A stretch of DNA of 64,000 nucleotides, taken from Mobula hypostoma. Lineage: Eukaryota. How positions within the stretch are numbered: the stretch's first letter is position 1; every line of letters begins with the position of its first letter. Positions 36,020 to 48,179 of this stretch are shown piece by piece. The position numbers and the translations under genes were made by a program. The notes under the pieces are model-generated. The model made no database searches. It saw only the letters and a list, made by a program, of their open reading frames with translations, and was not told where the DNA came from. The stretch spans positions 82,586,001 through 82,650,000 of the forward strand of contig NC_086108.1 of NCBI RefSeq assembly GCF_963921235.1, given 5' to 3'.

Positions 36020-36895
36020 CAACGAATGATGCAGCACGTTAGGATGCTTCCTACTGCACATCTCTGGAGGGTCATGGCCATTAATTTGCAAAGTCCAGCT
36101 CTCTTCGGTCTCCTCAGAGAGTAGAGGCGTTGGTGAGCTCTCTTGATTGTGTGGGATGTGTTCTGGGACCATGACAGGTTGTGTGAGATGTGCACTACCA
36201 TGAGTTTGAAACTGCTTGCAGTTTCCACTGCGATGCTGCTGATGTAAAGAGGGGTGTGAGTGCAAGTTCGCCTGAAGTCGATAACCATCTCCTTTGTCTT
36301 GTTGACATTGAAGAAGAGGTTATTTGCTTGCCACCAGGCCTTGAGCTCTTCCACCTCCTCTGCGTAGGCTGTCTTAATCATTATCAGTGATGAAACCCCA
36401 CCACAGTTGTCTCTTTGATGAACTTGACAATGTAATTACTCGGATGTTTGGCCATGTAGTCGTGTGTGAGCAGAGTGCACAGCAATGAGCTCAGTACACA
36501 TCCCTGGAAGGCAACCGTGCTGAGGATGATGGGATGGGGGGAGTGGTCGTGGATCCTGACTATCTGAGGTGTGTTGGTTAGGAAGTCCAACAGCCAGTTG
36601 CACAGTGGTTTAATTAGACCGAGGAGTTGGAGCAAGAGTATTGAATGCCAAACTGAAACACAGAAGCAGCATTCTGACTTAAGTGTCCTTGTTTTCTGGG
36701 TGTGTCAGGGCCAGGCGCATGACAAATGCTATGGCACCTGTCATAGAACGGTTCTGTTAGTAAGCATATTGCTGAGAGTCCAGTGTGGTAGGGATGGAGT
36801 TTTTGATACGTGCCTTTACCAGCCATTCAGAGCACTTCATGACGATTGGCATCAGTGCCACTGGGTGGTAGTTGTTTAGTTCGGAAGGTGTATAG
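36020..36895 (-). mobile_element. Rex-Babar-like RT fragment
   Basis: LCNWLLDFLT, QGCVLSSLLCTLLTHD, NVNKTKEMVID and KRAHQRLYSLRR remnants. Confidence 0.85.
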
Positions 36896-39011
36896 TTCTT
36901 TTGTACAGGGATGTTGGAAATTTAGTGTTTTAATTTTTGAAAATTGCATCTGTTGTTTAATATATGGATTGCTGGGAGCATTTCTGGAGCCTGCCTTCCT
37001 ATTTTTTAACCTTTCTAAGCACTCTGAAGCAGTGATGGCTGAATTAGTGACACTCCCACCAACCCCTCCCCCCCAGCTTTCCTGCCTGAACTCCACTGTC
37101 AGATGGCAAATTTTACTCAACAAGTATTAACTTTCATTTCCCACAAGATCCATTCCTAAAGACTCTCTGCTGTTCTTTGTCAAACCTGACATTAGTTAAT
37201 ATTTCTTATAATATTCAACTTACTGTATTTTGCATCAAATTCATGCCATCCTCTTCCCATTGAATCATTTTCTAATGCATCAGCTTAACTTAACTAGGAA
37301 ATTAGTCTTTCAGAAGTATACAACCTGATCTTTTCAAACCTTTCTATTGCAGGATCCGGAGCAACTGAGAGGTTGCTTATAAGATTTAAGTTCACATGCT
37401 CAGCAAGATGCCTCTAATACAGATCTTGAGCATGTAAACTCCTTTCAAATTCTAAATCAGAGAACTCCAAAGACTGGTAAATAATCGCATAAAATAGGAC
37501 TGAGTTACATAAACTTATTAGGGCCAGATTTCCAGAGTTAGGCGGCTGTATGTGGTACACATGTTAAATATTCCTTTGTTTGAAAATTCAAATTTACTGC
37601 ATTAGGTATTAATTCATAAATAATCTTGCCAAAGTATTTGTGATTTGCAGTCAGTCCAAATGGGAGACTGTAAAATTCCATTTCACTGATATCTACTATA
37701 GCTTTACTACAGAATCTATTGACTCTGAAAGCAGAATAAGCTGCTTCCTTCCTGAAGAATCCCTCTGCTTGTTTCTAAGCTTGCAGATGATACCACCGTA
37801 GTTAGTACGTATCTGATTATGTTAGGATATTACTTAGAAGTAAATGCCAAACTGATTACAGAGTTTTCCTAGCTATTATGAAACTTGCTTTTCTTTTAAC
37901 CTTGATTATTTGCCTTTAGTAATGAAATATTGCTCAGATGTTATATATAGGTAATTCTTACTTGCAAGGATGCTGTCTTCTCTATATGAGGCCTTTTGTT
38001 TATAGTACCAGTGCATCATCAAGTTAAAGTCAGTGATACCAGTTATTGCCTTGATTCCTTCATAGTTATGTCCAAACCACAAAAAATTGCTAGTGGAGGA
38101 GTAAAACAGGAGTGATTGCTGGACATAAGGTGACATTAGGGGCATTGTTAGCGTTTGCCCCTAATGTTAAAATATTTGTTCACAAGAAGAAGTAATTGAC
38201 AACATCTGTTGTTACAAATATTGTTTATTTATAACATTTGGAGTTTAATAATAATTCAAATGATACATTTGGTTTTATTAACAATGGTTTTAAAAATAAT
38301 TACTTTCTTCACTTATTAAGAGAACCTTCACAGTTAACAAGTTTAGTTCAATGATCAGCACAATATCAATTTGTCCTGAACAGTGTACTGACATACAGGA
38401 ACCACAGACAAAGAACATCACTGACTTCCAGTTTAGAAGATGCCACACACGAAAAATCCTTTTCTTCACTGAAAGAATAAAAGCTAGCTTGGAAAATAAT
38501 TTATAATCCCATTTACTGAAATAATTTTAACAAGTCACATTAATCTTATCTGAATTATCTGCAGGTATTAAAGACAAGTTTAGAACAATCCCTGGTCTTG
38601 GTGATATGGCACTGCTGGAATCTAATTTAAGGACCAAAGAGTTACTGACATGAATCTGAAATATTTATAGAACAATTACAATATGAAAGGGTGTCAGCTC
38701 GCACAACAAGTCTCGGACAGCTCTGCAATCAGTTCAATACCCCTTCTTTTATCATAGTCCTGAAATTGTTTTAAACTTCATCTATTTATCCAGTTTCCTT
38801 TTGAAACCTACAATAGAATCCATCAAACTTTCGGAGTGCATGTTCCAGATAATAGCAACTCTCTGCTTAAAGAGACCACACTAAGTCCACAATTTGAGGG
38901 TCTGCTTATGGGCATAGTTTTATTCTTTTAACTCTCTGAGTCAATCATGATTTTGTATACCACTTTCTCAACTTCTCCAAAGAAAACAATCCTAATCCTT
39001 CAAGATGTATC

Positions 39012-39405
39012 AAAGTTCAAAGTAAATTTGTTATTAAATTATGTATATGTCATCATATACTACCCTGAGATTCATTTTCTTACAGGCATTCACAAAGAAA
39101 TAAAATAGAATCAATGAAAAGCTATATACGACAACTGACAAACAAGCAATGTACAAAAGAAGGCAAACTTTGCAAATACAAAAACAAATAACAATAATAA
39201 TTAATAAATAAATAAGTAAATAATTAATTCTGAGAACATGTTGTGAAATCCTTGAAAGTGGATCCATAGGTTGTGGAAAGCGTTCAGTGTTGAGGTGAAT
39301 GACGTTATTCCTGCTGTTTCAGAAGCCTGATGGCTGAAGGAATAGTGCTGTTCCTGAATCTGGTGGTGGGGGACATATGGCTCTGTACCTCCTTACTGAT
39401 GGAGA
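39012..39405 (-). mobile_element. Rex-Babar-like LINE 3' end/UTR
   Basis: Reverse complement matches 44480-44850 (aagaaaatgaatctcagggtagtatatg...ataacaaatttactttgaactttga). Confidence 0.65.
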
Positions 39406-39409
39406 TGGT

Positions 39410-42400
39410 CCTACTAGAGAAGGGTTATTCTCAACACCATCTTAGGAAAAAAGGCTTGGCAACTCGTTAATGATTAGCCAGGGAGCTCTTTGGGATCAGT
39501 GACTATAATTCCATTAGTTTCAAGATATTGTTAGGAAAAAAAGATAGGACAGGTCCTCAAGATAAAACCATAAATTGGAAGGGTAGTTTCAGTGGCATCA
39601 GACAGGATATCTCGAAAGTTCATTGCGAGAGGCTGTTTGCAAATAAAAGGGCATCTGGCAAGTGGGAGGATCTTAAAAGTGATCTAACAGGAGTTCAGGG
39701 CCAGCAGGTACCTGTTCGAGTGAAGAGCGTGGGATTAGGAAACTGTGGTTAATGAAAGACATTAAGGGTGGCTAGGAAAAAATGTAAATGTTAGGTAGGA
39801 TCAAATCAGTCCCTTGACAGGTATAAGAGATGAAGGAATATGCTGAAGTCAAAAGAACCATGAACCATCCCTGGCATACAAGATAAAGGAGAATCCTAAA
39901 ATATTCTTTAAGCATATTGAAAGTAAATGAGTTGCGATAGAGCGAATAGAAACATAGAAACATAGAAACATAGAAAATAGGTGCAGGAGTAGGCCATTCG
40001 GCCCTTCGAGCCTGCACCGCCATTTATTATGATCATGGCTGATCATCCAACTCAGAACCCAGCCTTCCCTCCATACCCCCTGACCCCTGTAGCCACAAGG
40101 GCCATATCTAACTTCCTTTTAAACATAGCTAATGAACTGGCCTCAACAGTTTGCTGTGGCAGAGAATTCCACAGATTCACCACTCTCTGTGTGAAGAAGT
40201 TTTTCCTAATCTCGGTCCTAAAAGGCTTCCCCTCTATCCTCAAACTGTGACCCCTCGTTCTGGACCTCCCCAACATCGGGAACAATCTTCCCGCATCTAG
40301 CCTGTCCAATCCCTTTAGGATCTTATACGTTTCAATCAGATCCCCCCTCAATCTTCTAAATTCCAACGAGTACAAGCCCAGTTCATCCAGTCTTTCTTCA
40401 TATGAAAGACCTGCCATCCCAGGAATCAATCTGGTGAACCTTCTTTGTACTCCCTCTATGGCAAAGATGTCTTTCCTCAGATTAGGGGACCAAAACTGCA
40501 CACAATACTCCAGGTGTGGTCTCACCAAGGCCTTGTACAACTGCAGTAGTACCTCCCTGCTCCTGTACTCGAATCCTCTCGCTATAAATGCCAGCATACC
40601 GTTCGCCTTTTTCACCGTCTGCTGTACCTGCATGCCCACTTTCAATGACTGGTGTATAATGACACCCAGGTCTCGTTGCACCTCCCCTTTTCCTAATCGG
40701 CCACCATTCAGATAATAATCTGTTTTCCTATTTTTGCCACCAAAGTGGATAACTTCACATTTATCCACATTAAATTGCATCTGCCATGAGTTTGCCCACT
40801 CACCCAACCTATCCAAGTCACCCTGCATCCTCTTAGCATCCTCCTCACTGCTAACACTGCCACCCAGCTTCGTGTCATCCGCAAACTTGGAGATGCTGCA
40901 TTTAATTCCCTCATCCAAGTCATTAATATATATTGTAAACAACTGGGGTCCCAGCACTGAGCCTTGCGGTACCCCACTAGTCACCGCCTGCCATTCTGAA
41001 AAGGTCCCGTTTATTCCCACTCTTTGCTTCCTGTCTGCTAACCAATTCTCCACCCACACCAATACCTTACCCCCAATACCGTGAGCTTTAAGTTTGCACA
41101 CTAATCTCCTGTGTGGGACCTTGTCAAAAGCCTTTTGAAAATCCAAATATACCACATCCACTGGTTCTCCCCTATCCACTCTACTAGTTACATCCTCAAA
41201 AAATTCTATGAGATTCGTCAGACATGATTTTCCTTTCACAAATCCATGCTGACTTTGTCCAATCATTTCACCGCTTTCCAAATGTGCTGTTATCACATCC
41301 TTGATAACTGACTCCAGCAGTTTCCCCACCACCGACGTTAGGCTAACCGGCCTATAATTCCCCGGTTTCTCTCTCCCTCCTTTTTTAAAAAGTAGGGTTA
41401 CATTAGCCACCCTCCAATCCTCAGGAACTAGTCCAGAATCTAACGAGTTTTGAAAAATTATCACTAATGCATCCACTATTTCTTGGGCTACTTCCTTAAG
41501 CACTCTGGGATGCAGACCATCTGGCCCTGGGGATTTATCTGCCTTCAATCCCTTCAATTTACCTAACACCACTTCCCTACTAACATGTATTTCGCTCAGT
41601 TCCTCCATCTCACTGGACCCTCTGTCCCTTACTATTTCTGGAAGATTATTTATGTCCTCCTTAGTGAAGACAGAACCAAAGTAATTATTCAATTGGTCTG
41701 CCATGTCCTTGCTCCCCATAATCAATTCACCTGTTTCTGTTTGCAGGGGACCTACGTTTGTCTTTATCAGTCTTTTCCTTTTTACATATCTATAAAAGCT
41801 TTTACAGTCCGTTTTTATGTTCTCTGCCAGTTTTCTCTCATAGGTCCTCTATAAGAGGAATAGGTCCTCTTATGAGTCTAGATCTTGTTGTAACTTTAGG
41901 CAACCTTCTTCATGTGCATTACACCACTCATTGTGTGAACTTACTAACCATGCCATCTATATTTTCATCTAAATCATTAATATTTAAGACAAATAACAAG
42001 AAAAGCAGCCCATTTTTGTTTGCTATGAAGAAAAGCATGGAAGTGAGTTGAACAGGGATACCCTGGAGTGTATCAATATTGCAAAGGAGGAGGACTTGGG
42101 AGATCTTCAAGTGTATGATGGTAGATAATTCCCTGAGGCCTGACTAGGAGGCAAAAGGGAAGCTTGCTGGGGTCCTAGCAGGTATTTTTCCAACTTGGTT
42201 AGCCACAGGTGAGGTACCAGAAGTCAGGAAGATAAATTATGCATCTTTATTTAAGTAGTTCTCCTAGCTGGGGAACTACCTCTAGCGAGACTTATGGTGG
42301 AAAATTTCTTGGAAAGGGTTCTGAGGGACAGGATTTATTTGTATTTAAAAAGGCTAGGATTGATTAGGGATAATCAGCATGGCTTTGTGTATGGGAGATC

Positions 42401-42950
42401 ATGTCTCATGAACTTGAGTTTTTTGAAGAGGTGGCAAAAAAAGATGAGCAGAGTGTAGTGGACATGGTCTACATGTACTTTACTGAGGCTTTTGTCAAGG
42501 TCTCACATGGCAAGCTGGCCTGAAGATTAGAGCACATAGGATTCATGGTGAGCTAGCTAAATGGGTACCAAATTGGCTCGCTGGTAGGAGGCAGAGGGTG
42601 GTACTGATTGGTTGCTTTTCTCACCCACGGCCGGTGGTTTGCTGCAGGGATTGTTGATGCCTTTCTTGTTGTTTGTCTTAAATATTAATGATTTAGGTGA
42701 AAATATAGATGGCATGGTTAGTAAGTTCATATATGACACAACAATGAGTGGTGTAGAGGACATGAAGAAGGTTGCCTAAAGTTACAACAAGATCTAGATC
42801 AACTGGGACAGTGAGCAAGGAAATGGCAGACAGAAATTATTTCAGGCAAGTGTGAAGGGATGCATACTGGGAAGTTAAATCAGGGCAGAACATATTCTGT
42901 GAACAGCAGGGCCTTGGTGAGTGTTGCTTAATAGAGTGACCTTGGGATAT
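39410..42950 (+). mobile_element. Old, rearranged CR1 hosting the young CR1 at 39948-41840
   Basis: KENPKIFFKHI..IERIG before the insertion; QHGFV.GRSCL.N, FVLNINDL and LQQDLDQL remnants after it. Confidence 0.75.
39948..41840 (-). mobile_element. Very young 5'-truncated CR1 LINE with uninterrupted 557-aa RT ORF (40052-41725)
   Basis: Complete RT motifs (LDFQKAFDKV, GVPQGSVLGP, KFADDTK) with no stop or frameshift; intact 3'UTR and (tttctatg)3 tail. Confidence 0.96.
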
Positions 42951-44254
42951 AAATATACATACAGTATATCTTTGCTAATTATCTACAAATTCACAAATTA
43001 ATTCAAGTTGTAAGCTATGCCCTCAGTGAAAAGTTTGAAAGGGGCAAAAGATCTCCCCAAGAACATTTTTTCATTACTATTCATTGATCAGAGACTTAGT
43101 CAAAGTTGATTTAAAAAAAACTATTAAGTGATATTTATGTTCATTTTCTTGCTTCAGCATTCTATGTATTAGGCTGGTGGGATTCAGCTTCAGTTTTGTT
43201 ATTACTCTAAATGTGAGATCATGCAGTTTGCAAGTATTCCCAGGTGCTTCCCCATGAAACTGTTCCTGGCCACTTACAAACCACTGTAGGAGAAGGGCCT
43301 GAAGTAGCTGGCCAGATTTCTCAACCGAGGAAATGTTTGATACCCAGATAAAACTTAACAAGATGAAAGCAAGAGTTAGAAGCAATCAGTGTCACTAAAA
43401 CAGTCAAAAATAAGCAAATACCATCATGCTGATTTAGCTTTCCCCACATTCATGCTCCGGAATGCATAATATACAAATAAGGCCTGAAAAACATAAAAAT
43501 ATGTTTGTTGAACAAATTGCTAATGCATCACTAATTCAAGCTAGTGCTGTATCTTAGCTGGGAGTCCAGCACTCTCGTGCTAAAGCTGGCGGCTCTCTCC
43601 AATTTACAATAAATCAACTAATGTGGTGGGAAATAAATCTCCTTGAAAAGAGTTGCAATGTTGGACATCAGAAAGCTTTGCTGTGACTGTAGCTTCAGGG
43701 TTTCCTAGTATTTGTTACAATGTTCACTGATACTAAGCAGTTCTTGCTCATGTTTAAGATCCTTTTTAAAAAATACATAAATCAATTATAGAAAAGAACC
43801 TATACAGCATTTTTAAAATTACAAATGCATTTGTCAAGTGCAGGCTCTGTTTTTCAGGCTGTCGAATTCTGCTTACAGTGCTTAAAATAATCTTTATATT
43901 TCATTAAGCAGCCAAATATGTTGCCCTCGCCCAGTGGCAGTATTGATGGGTTTCAGTTAGGGCCAGCGGGAAACATGACTCTCCCGTTGTTGTTCAGTTG
44001 CCATAGCATAATATCCAGTGGCAGTCCATGAGCAAGGAGATCAGGGAGGGTTTTATTGGCTCAGCTAAATGCAGTGTGCCATTGATCCTGTTTGCATAAA
44101 GTTCCACGTGAGATTTCCTGCTTTGTATTAAATTGTTGGTGCCGCAACTTGGCTTTTTAAATTTAATGCTGCTTTGAATTCTACCAATATTTTAACTTTC
44201 AACAGAAAATATTGCTAATTCTTTGCGGACCATCCATGCTTGTTTATAGATACA

Positions 44255-44850
44255 GAGTACGGAGTAGTTGCATCTCAGCCTGGTTTGGAAATACCAATGC
44301 TCAGGATCGGAGAAGTCCACAAAAAGTGGTGAATGCAGCCCAGTCGATCACAGGCAAAACTCTCCCCATCATTGAGCACATTTGCAAGGAGCGCTGCCAG
44401 CGGAAATCAGCATGCGTCATCAACGACCTCCATCATCCGGGTGCTGCTCTCTTCTCGCTACATACTACCATCAGGCAGGAGGTCCAGGAGCCTCAGGTTC
44501 CACACTACTTGATTCAGGAACAGTTATTACACACTACAACCATCAGGCACCTGAACCAGTGTGGATAACTTCACTTACCTCAACAATGAACTAATTCCAC
44601 AACCTATAGACTCACTTTCAAGGACTCTACAAGTCATGTTCTGAGTATTATTTATTCAATTTTTTTATTATTTGTATGATGTGTCTACTTTTGCACATCA
44701 GATGTTTGTTTGTCTTTGTTATATATAGTTTTTCATAAATTCTATTATATTTCTTTATTTTCCTGGAAATGCCCACAAGAAAATGAACTTCAAGGTAATA
44801 TATGGTGACATATGCATACTTTGATGATAAACTTAATTTGAACTTTGAAA
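44255..44850 (+). mobile_element. Rex-Babar-like LINE 3' fragment
   Basis: SCISAWFGNTNAQDR..QKVVNAAQSITG..LP peptide and (tttgaac) tail. Confidence 0.75.
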
Positions 44851-45274
44851 GGTTAAGTGAAAAGAATATCCGATGTTCTTAATGGAAGAGGGAAGATTCA
44901 TTTGTTTCCAACCATCTTCAGCCACACCTGCCAAGAGGATAACCTATCTTGACCTCCTTCTGAGGTCACCATCATCACCATAGCCAGTCAGTGGCTGATT
45001 TTAATTCATATGATGTCAAGCAGCAGATGAGAGCAACAGTCACAGCAAAGACCCGAACACCCATGCACATCTCAACTGTTATGGTGAAGATTTGCACTCC
45101 AGACTTTGTTTTGCTTCTAGCCTAACCGTTTCTGTGTGGTTACAAAACTGACAGTGTTGAAAATTTCACGTGTCCTCTCTGTAAAATGTAGAACAAATCT
45201 AAGTCAGCCAAAGACTTCTCATCCATCATGTGCTGGAGCATGTTGTCAAAATGCTGCCAGTGACAACTTTGCAG

Positions 45275-46470
45275 AACTGGAGACAGAAGAGAGTGCGGAT
45301 GCTGGGATTTGGAGCTAAAGAGCAAAAGGCTGGATGAATTCACCAGGTGAGGCAGTACCCTATCGAGGGAAGTGGACAGTTTGGGTTGAGCTCCTTCATC
45401 TGGACTTTGCAGAGCCCCTTAATCGAGGCTACAAGGGTGACCTTGAACTTTCAGATGCTTCCCACTTTAACTCTGTACCCCTCTCTAACTTCTCCACCTT
45501 TGGTCCCTTCCATCATTCCTATGAAGCCCATGGTAATCTCAAGGAGCATCAACTCATTAAGGAATTATTTTAGTAAATTTTCTTTCTTATCAGTCTCATG
45601 TGCTTTTGATGCTATTCACCACAATACTTTGGAGGTATGGTTACCATATCAAATGATTTTTGTGCATTTTACAACTTTAGGAGTAAATCTATAAAAACAG
45701 AACCCATTCATTACCTGGGGATGACCTGTTTCTTGTTGTGGTCTTGGGTAACGTTCCTCATTATCCTCAATGCCACTGGATTCCTCCTCTACATCGGCGA
45801 GACCCGGCATAGATTGAGGGACCACTTCATTGAGCACCTTCTTCTCCATCCACCACAAAAGGAGGGTTTTCCCAGTGGTCACCCATTTTAATTCTACATC
45901 CCATTCTCATTCTGACATTCTGGTGTATGGCCTCCTCTACTGTCATGATTAAGCCACTCTGAGGTTGGAGGAGCAACAGCTCATATTCTGTCTGGGTAGC
46001 CTCTAACCTGAAGGCATGAACATCGATTTTTCTAACTTACAGTAATTTCTTCCCCCTCCCCTTCTCTCTTTTTTCCATTTCCTATCCTGGTTCTCCTCTC
46101 ACCCCTTCTCTTCTCCTCACCTACCCACCATCTCCCTCTGCAGCCTCTCCTCCTTCCCTTCACCCATGGTCCACACTCTTCTATCAGATTCCTTCTTCAT
46201 CATCGTCCCTTTACCTCTTCCACCTATCACCTCCCAGCTTCTCACTTCATCCCCTCTGCCCCAGCAGCAATCTTTCACCTCAACTGGCTTCACCCATTAA
46301 TTGTCATCTTGTACTTTTCCCTTCCCTCTTAGCTTTCCAGCCCAGATGAAGGGCTCAGCCCAAAATATTAGCCATTTATTTCACTCCACAGATACTGCCT
46401 GATCTGTTGAGTTCCTCCAGCATTTTGTATGTGTTGCTCTGAATTTCCTGTTTCTGCTGAGTCTCTTATG
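45275..46470 (+). mobile_element. Penelope-like element remnant with GIY-YIG endonuclease and inverted terminal repeats
   Basis: LLYIGETRHRLRDHFIEH (~45780-45840), pyrimidine-rich 3' tract, pLTR at 46340-46450 and inverted pLTR at 45275-45405. Confidence 0.8.
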
Positions 46471-47369
46471 GTTACCTTTTGTGTCATCCAGACTCTTACA
46501 AGTTATGTCTCCTACATCCACATCCAAGTCAGCAACATATATCACAAACAACAAGTGTCACACATAAACCTAGGCCATCAGCTGTTAAAGGACGAGTAAT
46601 AATCACATTACTCTTAAGGTGTCTGTTTGTGATGGATCTCATGCTCGCTGTTGCCAAGGGAAGGCCTCTGCATTCGGGTGGTCCCTCTCTCTTGCTTGAT
46701 GCTGTTACAAGATGTTACTGAAGTTCTGCGGTTTGTATGTGGACTTTGGTTCAAGTTGGACTTTTTCAATTTTATGTTTTTCTATTCTGTCTTTTTGCCC
46801 ATTCTTTCTGGTTGCAGTTTGCATGATTTGTTTTTTTTTCACGTGGAGGGTGGGGTTATGGGGTTTGGGTTTGACGTTCTTGCTGCCGTCCGCACGATTC
46901 TTTTGTGTGAGGGGGCTTGTTCTTCTTGTTGCTGTTTGTGTGATTTTTTTTCTTTGAATGGCTTCCATGGTTTTCTTTGTTTTGTGGCTATCTGGAGAAG
47001 ACGAATCTCAGAGCTGTATACTGTCTACATACTTTGATAATAAATGTACCTTTGAAACTTTGTACTACTGATTGTTTAGATTTACAACAATAGAAGTCAA
47101 GGTTTTATGGACAGTACTGTGAGCTGTTGTGTTTTTTAATACATTGTAGATAATGACCAACCTGAAGAAATGGAAGTCTACCCAGCTCCCATTATAGTAC
47201 TGTTACAAACTACCTGACCTTCAACATGCTGAGTGACATGACTGACCAAACTCAATTGGATCCCCAGCCATGTATATATGATTGCCTTAAGAGAGGTTCA
47301 GAGGCTGGATATTCTGTGGTAAGAAGCTTAGCTCCTCCTTTTCCACCACCTAGAAGGCACATATCAGGA

Positions 47370-48175
47370 GGCTGCAGAATACGCATCACCTGCTTGGAAG
47401 ACAGCAACTTCGGTAACACTTGGAATAAACATCATTCAGGATTTAGCAGCCCACATGATTAGCATCAGTTTCACCTCTAATGTACCATAGCTGCAAGAAA
47501 GTATGATCCATAAAATGCAGTACGACATTTCACCAAGTCTTCCTTAATAACAATTCTCAGACTGCAAACTTACTCACCTAGGAAGATAAGGCCAGCAGGT
47601 AATTTGCTACACTCTACCCTGCAGATTCACCAACAAGTGCCATGCAATGTTTACCTGGGAATATATCACTTCCTTGATAATCATTGGGTTTAAATATAGG
47701 AACCTACAGCCTAAGACCAAAGAACTGAATTCCAAATGAGATGACAGTTACATCACGACAGCACTTAACTGAGGATGACATCAAGGACACCATGATAAAA
47801 CTAAAGTCATCAAAGGGCTTCAGGGGAAAACACTCCAGTGACTGCAATCATAACTTGCACAAAGCTCGTGGTTATGATCAGAGGTCAGAGGTCATTATGA
47901 TCAGATGTCATTCATCCCAGGGCAATATCCTAGGCTCAAACATTAGCTGTTTCAGCCAAAGGATGAAAGGGTACAAGTAACATTTATACCACAAAGGTGC
48001 CTGCAATGACCATTTCTAAAGAGACTAAGTCCCTACTCTTGCCATTCAAAGGCATTACAATCGCTAAGACTCCTGTAATAATATCCTAGAGGTCACCAAC
48101 AACCAGAAACTCAGCTATATAAATGCTGTAGCTACAAGAGGTTGAGTATACTGCAGTTAACAACTACATTTCTGT
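47370..48175. mobile_element. Highly degenerate ancient LINE (CR1/L2 group) remnants
   Basis: Similar to 51655-52095 (ctgcttgga, cctagaag/gacaagg, caccaacaag/cacctccaag motifs). Confidence 0.4.
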
Positions 48176-48179
48176 CACC

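Noticed and set aside
39948..39980. Short direct repeats (atagaaac)n
   Set aside because: This is the CR1 3' microsatellite tail, not a CRISPR-like array.
43077..43385. 102-aa ORF with a signal-peptide-like hydrophobic start
   Set aside because: Starts at a non-ATG codon, no family resemblance, and compatible with chance in AT-rich DNA.
46651..47037. Overlapping hydrophobic/basic ORFs
   Set aside because: Low-complexity T-rich 3'UTR of a LINE-like repeat (similar tail at ~26050-26320).
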